A stretch of DNA of 64,000 bases from an uncultured Clostridia bacterium (lineage in GTDB: Bacteria > Acidobacteriota > Blastocatellia > UBA7656): NCBI GenBank assembly GCA_964615905.1, contig CAZTUB010000004.1, positions 287,527-351,526 on the forward strand, written 5' to 3'. Positions 49,391 through 63,346 of this stretch are shown one piece after another (positions within the stretch are counted from its first letter, which is position 1; each line of letters starts with the position of its first letter). The notes beneath the pieces are model-generated. The model did no database searches, had not been told where the DNA came from, and saw only the letters and a program-made list of their open reading frames with translations. The position numbers and the translations under genes are program-made.

Positions 49391-49819
49391 ATGGCCGGAG
49401 AAAATGTTTTTGGCTACGTGGTAGAAGGCGCAGCGTATAAGCCGCGACCTGCGGCGTACGCGCTGATTAGAGGCGCAGAGCGACAAGTCGCAGTTATAAA
49501 GACACGGCGCGGCTACTTTCTGCCGGGCGGCGGCTCTGACGACGGCGAGAGCCCCGAACAGACCGTCAGCCGCGAGGTGCGAGAAGAGCTTGGCCGGGAA
49601 GTGCGCATAATCCGAAAGGCTGATGAGGCGATACAGTATTTCTCTGACGACGAGAAATATTACCGTTTGGAGGCGACATTCTTTGAGGCCGAATTTGAAG
49701 GCGAAGCTACAGGCGCGGCCGAGTATCAGCTTATCTGGGCCGGGCCAGCCACGGCGGAAGAAGAGTTTTTTCACCAGTGCCACTGGTGGGCGATCAGTCG
49801 ATTTGTTACTCGCTCATAG
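49391..49819 (+). CDS. NUDIX hydrolase
   Basis: Nudix box GGGSDDGESPEQTVSREVREELG. The start is 2 nt after the upstream stop (TAATATG). Confidence 0.8.
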   Translation: MAGENVFGYVVEGAAYKPRPAAYALIRGAERQVAVIKTRRGYFLPGGGSDDGESPEQTVSREVREELGREVRIIRKADEAIQYFSDDEKYYRLEATFFEAEFEGEATGAAEYQLIWAGPATAEEEFFHQCHWWAISRFVTRS

Positions 49820-50095
49820 ATCAACCCGGAAACCACATCTACGGTCTCTGCTCAGGCTGGATAAGAATTACGGTTGTGGTAGAATCAACGACGGTTCGGC
49901 GCACAGCCGAGGACGCTTGCGAGTTATAGAATAGAGGGCAGCGCCGTCCTTGACGAGAAGAGGGTAGCATTCGGACATTGCCACATAATTTTTACCAGCA
50001 ATCTTTTCTGTTAGACCTTTTGCGATTCTTCACCGGACGCCAGTCGCTGTTGAATATCTTCTTGCCACCTATCCCGACAGACCGCGTGAAAGCTT

Positions 50096-54388
<4,293 letters not shown>

Positions 54389-54490
54389 TTCCCGCTCGCA
54401 AGCCCGCGCATCTCTCCTCAATCTTAAAACGAGTCCAAGCGGTTAAGCAGATTTACACATCTGGTATACTGCTATGCCTCGGAGATAGAG

Positions 54491-57055
54491 ATGGCTCGAC
54501 TGATAGAACTACCGGGTCGAACCCTGGACGGCAAGTACCACCTCGACAAACTGCTAGGGCAAGGCGGCATGGGCGCGGTCTTTCTCGCCACCCACCTCGG
54601 CACAAAGCGGCCCGTCGCGCTCAAGGTCATCGCTCCTCAGTTGATGGAGAACGAAGAGTTTATCGAGCGGTTCCGCCGCGAAGCAGAAGCCGCGGGCCGT
54701 CTTCGCCACCCGAACGTCGTCAACGTAACGGACTTTGGATTCACAAGCTCGGGGTCGGTGAACCTCGCATACCTCGTGATGGAGTATCTCGACGGCGGCT
54801 CGCTCGCGGATATGTTGAAAGAGCGCGGCCGCCTGCCTCTGGGTTTCGTCATAGACGTAGTTGAGCAGATTTGCCTCGCGGTTAACACCGCGCACGAGCA
54901 AGGGATCATCCACAGAGACCTGAAACCGGATAACATATGGCTCCAGCCGGACCAGCGCGGCGGGTACAACGTGAAGGTGCTCGACTTCGGGCTGGCAAAG
55001 CTTCACGACGCTTCGCCTTTAAGCAGCGGTGACGGCTCGGAATCTGACTCGGCTATCGCGGCAACACAGGTCGCAAACCAATCGGATACCGTCCGCGCCG
55101 CTGCGCACTATAATGGAGCGACCAGCCCTCAGCGGGCGGAAGAGACAGAGTTTGAAGTTGAAGCGGCGACACAGATTCAACGGCCCGTCGCGGTCCCGGA
55201 AGAGCAGACACAGCTTTTTGACGATCCATCCCCGAACGCGACCGACCTCGAAGCCGCTACGCAATTGCAACCGCCGACGCGTTTGGATAAAGAGCGAACA
55301 AACCGGCCCTCTCATAACTCAACGCCGATAGAGATAGATTTGAGCCTGGCCTCCGCTTCAAATCTCACGCGGGTCGGCGCGGTCATGGGCACGCCGCTTT
55401 ATATGTCGCCTGAGCAATGTCGCGGCGAGTTGCTCGACATGAAATCCGACATTTATAGCCTTGGCGTCATCGTCTACCAGATGCTTGCAGGAGCGCCGCC
55501 GTTTACCGGCGACATGAACGAGTTGATCGTCAAACACACGAACGAGCGACCGGCGCTGCTCATAGAAAAGCGAAATGACATACCTAAATCGGTATCGGAG
55601 CTGGTAATGTCCGCGCTGGCGAAAGACCCTGCGCGCCGCCCGGCAAACGGAGCCCTTTTTGCCAAGGCTCTACGCGCCGCCGCCGAAAGTGACCTCCATG
55701 TTGTGCAGGAGGGGCGAACTTACTACTACAACCACATACCCGGTATCATGTTGCTCTCTGCAATCATATATCTGCCGTTCGCAATCCCTTCCGTTATGTA
55801 CACCGCAAACTTCGCAAGGTCCGCAAACCGCGCGCTGGGGTTTGCAGACGCGCTTTTCTGGGTAGCGGCCTTCCTATACATACAGGTGGCCAACAGGTTG
55901 AACATAGCAGCTTCGTCGCTGGCCATTCGAGAGTTGCGCATAAGGCAATCCGACCCGCTGCCGATTGGCTCAATCCTGTTCACCCTGTTAAAGCGGTTTC
56001 CTTCGCTCGTACTTACGAGCCTGTTGGCCGATCTGGCGGCGATGGTTAACCTGTTGAGGCTGGTGCTGCCCGGCTTAAGATCGTTCGTCAATTACTCTCT
56101 GGCGGCTCCCGTCGTAGTGATTGAGAAAAAGAACCCGCTCGCGGCTCTTTCTCGTTCAAAAACTCTCGCCGAGCGGCTTCCGCATCTGGCAGGCTGGGCC
56201 ACAATACGGAGCATCTCTTTTATTATATGCTCGATACTGTTTCTGCCTGCGCTTGTGGCTGCGACAACAATTATCTTCGGAGGAACTACCAGCGGCGCCG
56301 GGTCATTCAGAGAAGTCTACCCGGTTATGCTAGGCTTCGGTTGGTTCCTTATAATCTCGTTCTACTCTTACAACGCGCTTCCGCTTGTGCTGATCTACTT
56401 CAAGGCGCGGCAGGCCCTCGGCGAGATGCTCGAAGAGGCATCGTCAACCGTTGCCGATCAAGAGAAGGTCTCAAAACGTCGCGGCCTCTTAAATCGAAAG
56501 ACTATCGTGTGGATCGTTTCACCGATCATCATGGCCAGTCTGATGATCTACACGGTTCGGTTCATCGAAGCGCCGCGACCGGACACTCTATCGACCGTCG
56601 CGTCGAGAGGCAGATACAAAGAGGTCAGGCGACTGCTTGCCGCCGGGGCAGACCCGAATGAAAAGGTGCGCAACGCGCGCACGCCGATAATGTCTGCTTC
56701 AGGTCAGGGGCAAGCGGACGTAGTAAAGGCGCTGATAGATGCAGGCGCTGACGTAAATGCCAGGGACGGTGATGGTGATACTGCTCTGCACGATGCGGCG
56801 TTGCAGGGGCGTTCGGAGCTTGCGAAGCTGCTTATCGGAGCCGGGGCGGATGTGAACGCAGCAAACAATAAAGGCGAGACGGCGCTGATTCTCGCTGCCA
56901 AAAGAGGGTTCGCGGATTATGTAAGAACCCTGCTCACTTCAGGAGCCGACGCGAACGCGAGAGATAACAACGGCAAGAGCGCGCTCGATTACGCGGAAGA
57001 GGAAGGGCGGCCCGCTGTAATCGAGATGCTCACAAGCGCGGGGGCAAGGAGATAA
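54491..57055 (+). CDS. Ser/Thr protein kinase with polytopic membrane region and C-terminal ankyrin repeats
   Basis: Kinase motifs GQGGMGAVF, VALK, HRDLKPDN, DFGLAK and SPEQ. There are about 6 hydrophobic helices, followed by 4-5 ankyrin repeats (GADVNARDGDGDTALHDAA...). Confidence 0.8.
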   Translation: MARLIELPGRTLDGKYHLDKLLGQGGMGAVFLATHLGTKRPVALKVIAPQLMENEEFIERFRREAEAAGRLRHPNVVNVTDFGFTSSGSVNLAYLVMEYLDGGSLADMLKERGRLPLGFVIDVVEQICLAVNTAHEQGIIHRDLKPDNIWLQPDQRGGYNVKVLDFGLAKLHDASPLSSGDGSESDSAIAATQVANQSDTVRAAAHYNGATSPQRAEETEFEVEAATQIQRPVAVPEEQTQLFDDPSPNATDLEAATQLQPPTRLDKERTNRPSHNSTPIEIDLSLASASNLTRVGAVMGTPLYMSPEQCRGELLDMKSDIYSLGVIVYQMLAGAPPFTGDMNELIVKHTNERPALLIEKRNDIPKSVSELVMSALAKDPARRPANGALFAKALRAAAESDLHVVQEGRTYYYNHIPGIMLLSAIIYLPFAIPSVMYTANFARSANRALGFADALFWVAAFLYIQVANRLNIAASSLAIRELRIRQSDPLPIGSILFTLLKRFPSLVLTSLLADLAAMVNLLRLVLPGLRSFVNYSLAAPVVVIEKKNPLAALSRSKTLAERLPHLAGWATIRSISFIICSILFLPALVAATTIIFGGTTSGAGSFREVYPVMLGFGWFLIISFYSYNALPLVLIYFKARQALGEMLEEASSTVADQEKVSKRRGLLNRKTIVWIVSPIIMASLMIYTVRFIEAPRPDTLSTVASRGRYKEVRRLLAAGADPNEKVRNARTPIMSASGQGQADVVKALIDAGADVNARDGDGDTALHDAALQGRSELAKLLIGAGADVNAANNKGETALILAAKRGFADYVRTLLTSGADANARDNNGKSALDYAEEEGRPAVIEMLTSAGARR

Positions 57056-57071
57056 TCTGACATCTCAACTA

Positions 57072-59531
57072 TCACTCCCGTAAAACCGAAACCGAATCGT
57101 AGCCCCTGACCTGTTTTAAGCAATACGCTTTGAATGATATTGTGCCTTGCGCCTCCCTGTGGCTCTTAAAATGATTACCGACCGCGAGGCTTGCAGCGGA
57201 ACTGCCCCGGACGTTTAACCTCGCGCCCGGCGAAGCGTTTATGAGCTCGATAAAAAAGTAGAACCGCCCCCCTCCCGAACGGCGGACAGGCCCGAAAGTG
57301 AATATGTGCCACTGGTCATTCTGCGCCTGCGCCGTGTCAATCTCGGCGGCGGCCAGGTCTCGCTCAGACAGGTGAGATTGCCGCAGGTGAAATCTGATAA
57401 CACCCTCGCCTTTTCGCGTCGTTAGACCGAGCCTGACACCGATAGCGCACAGATGATCCTCGCTCGCGAAAAATTCCTGGCCCACGGATTCCCCTTCGGC
57501 GATTTGAGCTATGACCGTATCAGACAACTCGTATGAGCTTATCAAGTAGAGTGATTCGAGTTTCGTAGTATCAATCGAAAAATCGGCGCTGCTCAAGGTG
57601 AGACTTGGATTGTAGTACCTATCGCTCATCAATTCGCGCTTCCATTTTGAAGCAAGGTAGGCGGGCTCGCTCTGTTCCGCGACGAGGCTCCGTGTTGCCG
57701 ATTCGTGATGGTAGAGCAAAGCGTACGGCGTATAAACTATCAGATAGCCCAGGCTTCTCAAGCGCAAGCAGAGATCGACGTCGTTATAATTGACGGCCAG
57801 GTCTTCTTGATTCAACCCTCCCACCCTGTCGTAAAGCTCGCGGCGTATCATCAGGCAGGCAGCAGTCACTGCGCTATAATTCATAATCGCGTTAGGGAAG
57901 TTGAAGTACCCCTTGCCATCAATTCCGTCCACGAATCTATGTGCGTGACCGGCGAGGCCGTTTGCTCCAAGAATGACCCCGGCGTGCTGTACCCGGTTGT
58001 CGGGGTATAAAAGCTTTGCCCCTACTGCTCCGACTTCATCTCGCGCGGCCTGTTCGACCATCGCTGATAGCCATTCGGCTGCGATCACCTCCGTGTCGTT
58101 ATTGAGCAGCAACAGATAGTCTCCCTCGGCGTGGCGCGCAGCCAGATTATTCAAGAGAGAGTAGTTGAAAGGACCATCATGGCGGATGACGCGGTGTGGC
58201 GTATCGCTTAAATAGTGTACCGTCGCCGGGTCTTTGCTTCCGTTATCGACTATGAGAATCTCATAGCCGTTGTAATCGGTCTTTGACTTGATGCTGTCGA
58301 CACATCGGGCCAAAAGGTCGAGCCGGTCCCGCGTAGGGATGATTATTGACACCTTTCCCGCTTTTGGTAATTTCCGACGCACTCTGTAAAGACCGCGCGC
58401 AAGCCCATTTTCGACACGACCCTCTATGTTGCGCCTCGTTAGAGCGCTGGCCAGCGCCGCCTCATCAGAGGCGCAATAGCCCGTTTTGTAGTCGCTTGAG
58501 AGGCTATCTTTTTTTTTGTGGTAAAGGATTCTCGGAATATGCGCTATCTTCTCCGTCTTTTCAGTGAACCTTAAAACGAGATCGTAATGCTCGCTGCCGT
58601 CGAACCCTTCGCGAAAGCCCCCTATATCGTCGAGCAGCGTCTTGCGATAGATCGCAAGGTTGCCGATGTACATAAATGAAAGGAGCAGGTCGGGCGACCA
58701 CGCCGGTTTATAAAACGGGTTAGAGCGACGGTCCTGTGAATCTAGCTCATCTTCGTCGCAGTAGATAACGTCCGCGTCTACCTCCTGGAGCGTCATCACC
58801 ACATCGTGGAGAGCATCAGGTGTCAATCTGTCATCCTGCGAGAGCAAGCAGACGAATTCACCTGTCGCCAGGCTGAGGGCGAGGTTCAGCGCTTGCGCGC
58901 TCCCGACACCGGCCTCACAGAAAGTATTTTTGAGCCGGTACCCTTTGGCGGAATATTCTCTGATGATTTCTCGAACGTCTTGCGAGGTCGAAGCGTCGCA
59001 GATGCATAGCTCCCAATCGCTGTAATACTGCCTCGATACGGAATCGAGAGTCTTGCGCAGGTTCTCAGGCGAAGGGTTGCGGGTGGAAAGGAGAATGCTG
59101 ATGAGAGGCTTGTAGCCGAATTCTTCTCGCTCGCGGGCGGCCCTATCGGGGTCATATCTGAACTCTTCACACCTGCGGGCCCAAGCTTCATACAGGTCTT
59201 TGAAGGGAGTCTTGTCGGGCGTTCGCGGCTTGAAAACTCTTCTGACCGATTGGTATAGAGGGAGCACGAATCGGTGCTTGATCGGGCCGTAACGGTTGAG
59301 CAGACGCCAGCCGGGCGTCCGGGTGATCCTGGCTAATTCATTCTCCTTTTGAATCAACAGCTCCTGGGTAGTCAGAAGCTGTTGCTTGAGATCGTTGATC
59401 TCTTTCTGCTTCTCGCTCAACTCATCAACGATGTCGGTCTTTTCTCCGCTTGCTCTGGCGGGCTCGCTGTCAGGTTCATCAATTCGGCGTTCGGAGAGAT
59501 CCTTGTCGCGGTTCAATGCACCTTCCCTCAC
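57072..59531 (-). CDS. Large glycosyltransferase with N-terminal coiled coil and two GT2 domains
   Basis: ISILLSTRNPSPENLRKTLDSV...CDAS and VSIIIPTRDRLDLLARCVDSI...IVDNGS are two GT2 signatures, and a DxD-like NNDTE is present. An A9 tract lies inside the gene. Confidence 0.75.
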   Translation of the reverse strand: MREGALNRDKDLSERRIDEPDSEPARASGEKTDIVDELSEKQKEINDLKQQLLTTQELLIQKENELARITRTPGWRLLNRYGPIKHRFVLPLYQSVRRVFKPRTPDKTPFKDLYEAWARRCEEFRYDPDRAAREREEFGYKPLISILLSTRNPSPENLRKTLDSVSRQYYSDWELCICDASTSQDVREIIREYSAKGYRLKNTFCEAGVGSAQALNLALSLATGEFVCLLSQDDRLTPDALHDVVMTLQEVDADVIYCDEDELDSQDRRSNPFYKPAWSPDLLLSFMYIGNLAIYRKTLLDDIGGFREGFDGSEHYDLVLRFTEKTEKIAHIPRILYHKKKDSLSSDYKTGYCASDEAALASALTRRNIEGRVENGLARGLYRVRRKLPKAGKVSIIIPTRDRLDLLARCVDSIKSKTDYNGYEILIVDNGSKDPATVHYLSDTPHRVIRHDGPFNYSLLNNLAARHAEGDYLLLLNNDTEVIAAEWLSAMVEQAARDEVGAVGAKLLYPDNRVQHAGVILGANGLAGHAHRFVDGIDGKGYFNFPNAIMNYSAVTAACLMIRRELYDRVGGLNQEDLAVNYNDVDLCLRLRSLGYLIVYTPYALLYHHESATRSLVAEQSEPAYLASKWKRELMSDRYYNPSLTLSSADFSIDTTKLESLYLISSYELSDTVIAQIAEGESVGQEFFASEDHLCAIGVRLGLTTRKGEGVIRFHLRQSHLSERDLAAAEIDTAQAQNDQWHIFTFGPVRRSGGGRFYFFIELINASPGARLNVRGSSAASLAVGNHFKSHREAQGTISFKAYCLKQVRGYDSVSVLRE

Positions 59532-59635
59532 ATCTCGTAATCACCGAGGCCTACAGCTTTGCATAAAGCGGTGCAGACTGTCTATCTGAAACAGAGAGGT
59601 GATTTAGAGTGTGATAGCCTGTTTACAAAATCTTA

Positions 59636-60580
59636 TTATCGGGAATCAATCTTGTCTTTGATCGCTTTGGCGGCTCGTCCGAGCGCGTCTATGCGCTCAC
59701 CCATCTCTTTGCCGCGCTGCCTGCTTGACAGTATCGGAAGCAAGAGCCGTTTAAGCGTTAGGACCGTTTTCATCATAGCAAGATAGAGCAGGGCTGAAGA
59801 CCGGCCCCGGTGCTTGCGCAGGAAAAGTATCTGACCGAAATAAAAATGTGTCAGCATATTAACCCTGTCTTTTTCGGTTGTGGCCCCTCCTCGGTGGAAA
59901 GCAGTACCGGCCGCCGAATAGCAGACTGACCACCCATGCCTTTTGAGCCGGAGACACAGATCCTCGTCTTCCGAGTACATGAAGAAGCGCTCATCGAACA
60001 AGCCGACCTCGTCGAGTGCCGCGCGCCTTAGCATCAAGCAAGCGCCGTCTATCCAATCAACGGAGCGGTCCTTGAGTTCACCGTCAACTTTCGGAGAATA
60101 ACTCCTGCGAAGGTAACGCGAGGATAAGCGCGAGGTAAGATTGGCCTGCTCAAGAGTCTGGTTGAAAGGTGTCAGAAAGTTCCTCGTGTTGGTCGCCTGC
60201 CGCCCCTCCGCATTGACCAGCTTGCAACCGGCCGCACCGCACGACTCTTCTGATTCCATGCAATCATAAACGGCCTTTAGAGCCTCTGCTGTAAGACGCG
60301 CATCACTGTTAAGGAGCAGGACGAACGGCGACCTGGCTGTTTTGATGGCCTGATTGCATGCCGCGCCGAAACCAAGATTCGTTGAGTTGGCCAGCAGAAC
60401 CACTTCAGGGAATGCCCCGCGCACGGCTTCGGCGCTTCCATCCTTAGAGTCGTTGTCGACGACGATGATCTCGATACGCATTTCCTCCGAGCTATCGATC
60501 ACCGAATTAATACACTCAAGTAAAAGCTCCCTGGTGTTATAATTCACTATAATTATTGTGACTTGAGGGGGTAAGCTCAT
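59636..60580 (-). CDS. GT2 family glycosyltransferase
   Basis: VTIIIVNYNTRELLLECINSV...VVDNDSKDGS...NLGFGAACN. Confidence 0.8.
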   Translation of the reverse strand: MSLPPQVTIIIVNYNTRELLLECINSVIDSSEEMRIEIIVVDNDSKDGSAEAVRGAFPEVVLLANSTNLGFGAACNQAIKTARSPFVLLLNSDARLTAEALKAVYDCMESEESCGAAGCKLVNAEGRQATNTRNFLTPFNQTLEQANLTSRLSSRYLRRSYSPKVDGELKDRSVDWIDGACLMLRRAALDEVGLFDERFFMYSEDEDLCLRLKRHGWSVCYSAAGTAFHRGGATTEKDRVNMLTHFYFGQILFLRKHRGRSSALLYLAMMKTVLTLKRLLLPILSSRQRGKEMGERIDALGRAAKAIKDKIDSR

Positions 60581-60636
60581 TCTATGGAGAAAGTATAAAA
60601 GTTAGTATAATCTGTCAACATTCGCGAAATATATGA

Positions 60637-61572
60637 GTGTTACATTCGAGCCTTCGGAGTGTTCAGAGTTTGTCATCCGACCAAAACCTAGAGCCGACTC
60701 TATCCGTGATAGTGCCCTGTTATAACTCTGAGCGGACAATACGCCAATGCCTGAACGCCATACTAAATCAGCAGACCACCGCCGCATTTGAAGTCGTCGT
60801 TGTAAGCAGCTCCATCGATAAGACAGGGAAGATTGTAAAGGAAGAGTTTCCATCCGTCCGCCTTATCGAGATCGAGAAACGAACTTTCGCAGGGGCTGCC
60901 CGCAACATAGGAGTGCGGGCAACCCGGTCGCCTTTCTGCCTGATGATAGACTCCGACTGTATAGCGCAGCCCGATCTGGTTGATCGAGTAATGGCACGCC
61001 ACCGCGAAGGGGAGTATGCGGCGGTTGGAGGCTCGCTGCGTAACGGGACCCCGAAGAGCTTGAGCGGGTGGATAGGGTATCTGATCGAGTTCAAGGAGTT
61101 CATGCCAAGCACACCGCTTCGGTTTGAGCGGACAATACCCACGGCTAATATCTGTTACCGCCGGGATGTTCTATATCGCCACGGTCTTTTCCCGGAGGAT
61201 ATGTGGCTTGCAGAAGACCTTATGCTCAACTCGCGAATCTATAACTCAGGCGAGCGGTTGTTGTTCGATCCTTCAATTGAGGTGACACACCTCAACCGCA
61301 GCGGATGGCGCGAGGTTCTATCTTACCAGACGAGCCTGGGCAGGCTGTCGGCGCAGGCGCGAAAGCGCGCCGGGCTGCCGGGCAGGTTGTTGCTTCGATA
61401 CCCTGTACTGATTGCTCTCATGCCGTTTGCACGATCATTTAGAGCGGCGAAGTGGTTGTTGGCGCATGATAAAAAAGCTTTCCTGGTCTTCCTCCTGGCA
61501 TGGCCAATGTATCTTCTCGCCGCGTCATTCTGGTCAGTCGGTTTCTTTCAAGGCGCAACCTCAAAGGAATAA
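60637..61572 (+). CDS. GT2 family glycosyltransferase
   Basis: LSVIVPCYNSERTIRQCLNAILNQ. The GTG start at 60637 is upstream of the usual motif position, so the true start may be an internal GTG. Confidence 0.72.
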   Translation: MLHSSLRSVQSLSSDQNLEPTLSVIVPCYNSERTIRQCLNAILNQQTTAAFEVVVVSSSIDKTGKIVKEEFPSVRLIEIEKRTFAGAARNIGVRATRSPFCLMIDSDCIAQPDLVDRVMARHREGEYAAVGGSLRNGTPKSLSGWIGYLIEFKEFMPSTPLRFERTIPTANICYRRDVLYRHGLFPEDMWLAEDLMLNSRIYNSGERLLFDPSIEVTHLNRSGWREVLSYQTSLGRLSAQARKRAGLPGRLLLRYPVLIALMPFARSFRAAKWLLAHDKKAFLVFLLAWPMYLLAASFWSVGFFQGATSKE

Positions 61573-62463
61573 GCTCCACAGGTCACAACCCTTCATGCAA
61601 GCGGCCAGCCCGGAGCGCCAATCGGGGAGGGCCAGCCCTAACACATCCCTTGCCTTATCCGTGTTGAGTCGGCAATTCAGCGGGCGGCGCGCAGGTGTCT
61701 GGTAATCAGATGTCGGTATCGCATTAATCTTTTTAACCTTCAGACTCAAACCCTTGCTTCCGGCCTCTTCGATTATGGCTTCCGCGAAACTGTGCCAGGT
61801 AGTCTCGCCGCTGTTGCAAACGTGATAAATGCCGGTCGGAAACTCGCGCGCGTCCTTTGCCCGTTCCAGGGCCGTCAACGCAGCCTGGGCAAGATCGCTG
61901 GCATAGGTAGGGGCCCCGTACTGGTCATCGACAATGTTCAAGACATCGCGCTCGATTGCCAGACGCAGAATCGTAGTCAAGAAGTTCTTACCGACGCTGC
62001 TGTAAACCCACGAAGTCCTGAGTATGAGCCAGCGCCCGCCAGCCTCGGCAATTTGCCTTTCGCCTTCTGCCTTTGTACGCCCATAAGCATTGACCGGAGC
62101 AACAGTATCCGTCTCTGTCCAGGGGCGAGTGCCGGTCCCCGGAAAAACATAATCGGTAGAAAAATGGACGAAAGGGACCCCGGACTTTGCGCACCACCGA
62201 GCCAGCAGTCCCGGCGCGTGCGCGTTAATTTTCAGCGCCTCGTCCTCTTCTTCTTCCGCCTTATCGACCTGTGTGTATGCGGCGGCATTGATTACAGATG
62301 AAGGTCTGATATGGTCCAGATAACTTAAAAGTCGGGACGGTTGGGCCAGGTCACACTGGGAGCGGGTCAGCCCGATACCCCTATCATCGAGCAGGGCAGT
62401 CAGGGCCTGGCCCAGCTGGCCTGCGGCCCCTAATACGACTATGCGAGGTTCGTCTCTACTCAT
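61561..62463 (-). CDS. rmlD: dTDP-4-dehydrorhamnose reductase
   Basis: The Rossmann GAAGQLG motif is present and the length and overall similarity match RmlD. It overlaps rmlA by 8 nt. Confidence 0.85.
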   Translation of the reverse strand: MSRDEPRIVVLGAAGQLGQALTALLDDRGIGLTRSQCDLAQPSRLLSYLDHIRPSSVINAAAYTQVDKAEEEEDEALKINAHAPGLLARWCAKSGVPFVHFSTDYVFPGTGTRPWTETDTVAPVNAYGRTKAEGERQIAEAGGRWLILRTSWVYSSVGKNFLTTILRLAIERDVLNIVDDQYGAPTYASDLAQAALTALERAKDAREFPTGIYHVCNSGETTWHSFAEAIIEEAGSKGLSLKVKKINAIPTSDYQTPARRPLNCRLNTDKARDVLGLALPDWRSGLAACMKGCDLWSLFL

Positions 62464-63346
62464 GCGGCTCCAGCGTTATGAACCCTTCGAGGATTCGCCG
62501 CAAATAGGTTCCGTATTCGCTGTTGGCATAACCGTCTGCAAGGCGTGCGAGTTGGTCCGCCTGGATGAACCCCTTCAGGTATGCGATCTCTTCGATGCAG
62601 GCGACCTTCAACCCCTGCCGCTTTTCGAGAGTCTGCACAAATAACGAAGATGATAAGAGTGAGTCGTAGGTTCCTGTATCAAGCCAGGCGATCCCCCGAC
62701 CCAGCGGTTCAACCTTAAGGTCGCCGCGCTCAAGATACCTCAAATTAAGGTCTGTAATCTCTAGCTCGCCCCGGTCGGAAGGTACAAGGCTCTTAGCAAT
62801 CTCTACAACCGACTTGTCATAAAAATAGAGGCCCGTGAGCGCCCAGCTCGAACGGGGTATCTTGGGTTTCTCTTCAAGGCTGATTGCCAGCCCCTTGCTG
62901 TCAAACTCGACTACCCCGTATCGCTCAGGGTCTTGAACTTGATAAGCAAAGACCAGGGCCCCTCGCTCCAGTCGCGCGGATTGAGCGAGCAACGTCGTCA
63001 GATCATGACCGTAGAAAATATTATCTCCCAGGATCAAACAGACAGGGCTGCCCGCCACGAACTCGCTGCCTATAAGAAATGCCTGCGCGATCCCTTCGGG
63101 GCGGGGTTGTTCTCTATATACTATCGAGATCCCTATGTGGCTTCCGTCGCCAAGTAGTTCTTGAATCAGCGGCAGGTCCCTGGGGGTGCTGATAATCAAG
63201 ATGTCGCGGATGCCTGCGAGCATCAAGACTGAGAGCGGGTAATAGATAGTAGGCTTATCGTATACCGGAAGAAGTTGCTTACTGATTGAGCGAGTTAGCG
63301 GATAGAGACGGGTCCCAGTGCCGCCAGCTAGGATTATCCCCTTCAT
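62456..63346 (-). CDS. rmlA: Glucose-1-phosphate thymidylyltransferase
   Basis: [32 protein letters not shown] is the canonical RmlA N-terminus. Confidence 0.92.
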   Translation of the reverse strand: MKGIILAGGTGTRLYPLTRSISKQLLPVYDKPTIYYPLSVLMLAGIRDILIISTPRDLPLIQELLGDGSHIGISIVYREQPRPEGIAQAFLIGSEFVAGSPVCLILGDNIFYGHDLTTLLAQSARLERGALVFAYQVQDPERYGVVEFDSKGLAISLEEKPKIPRSSWALTGLYFYDKSVVEIAKSLVPSDRGELEITDLNLRYLERGDLKVEPLGRGIAWLDTGTYDSLLSSSLFVQTLEKRQGLKVACIEEIAYLKGFIQADQLARLADGYANSEYGTYLRRILEGFITLEPHE

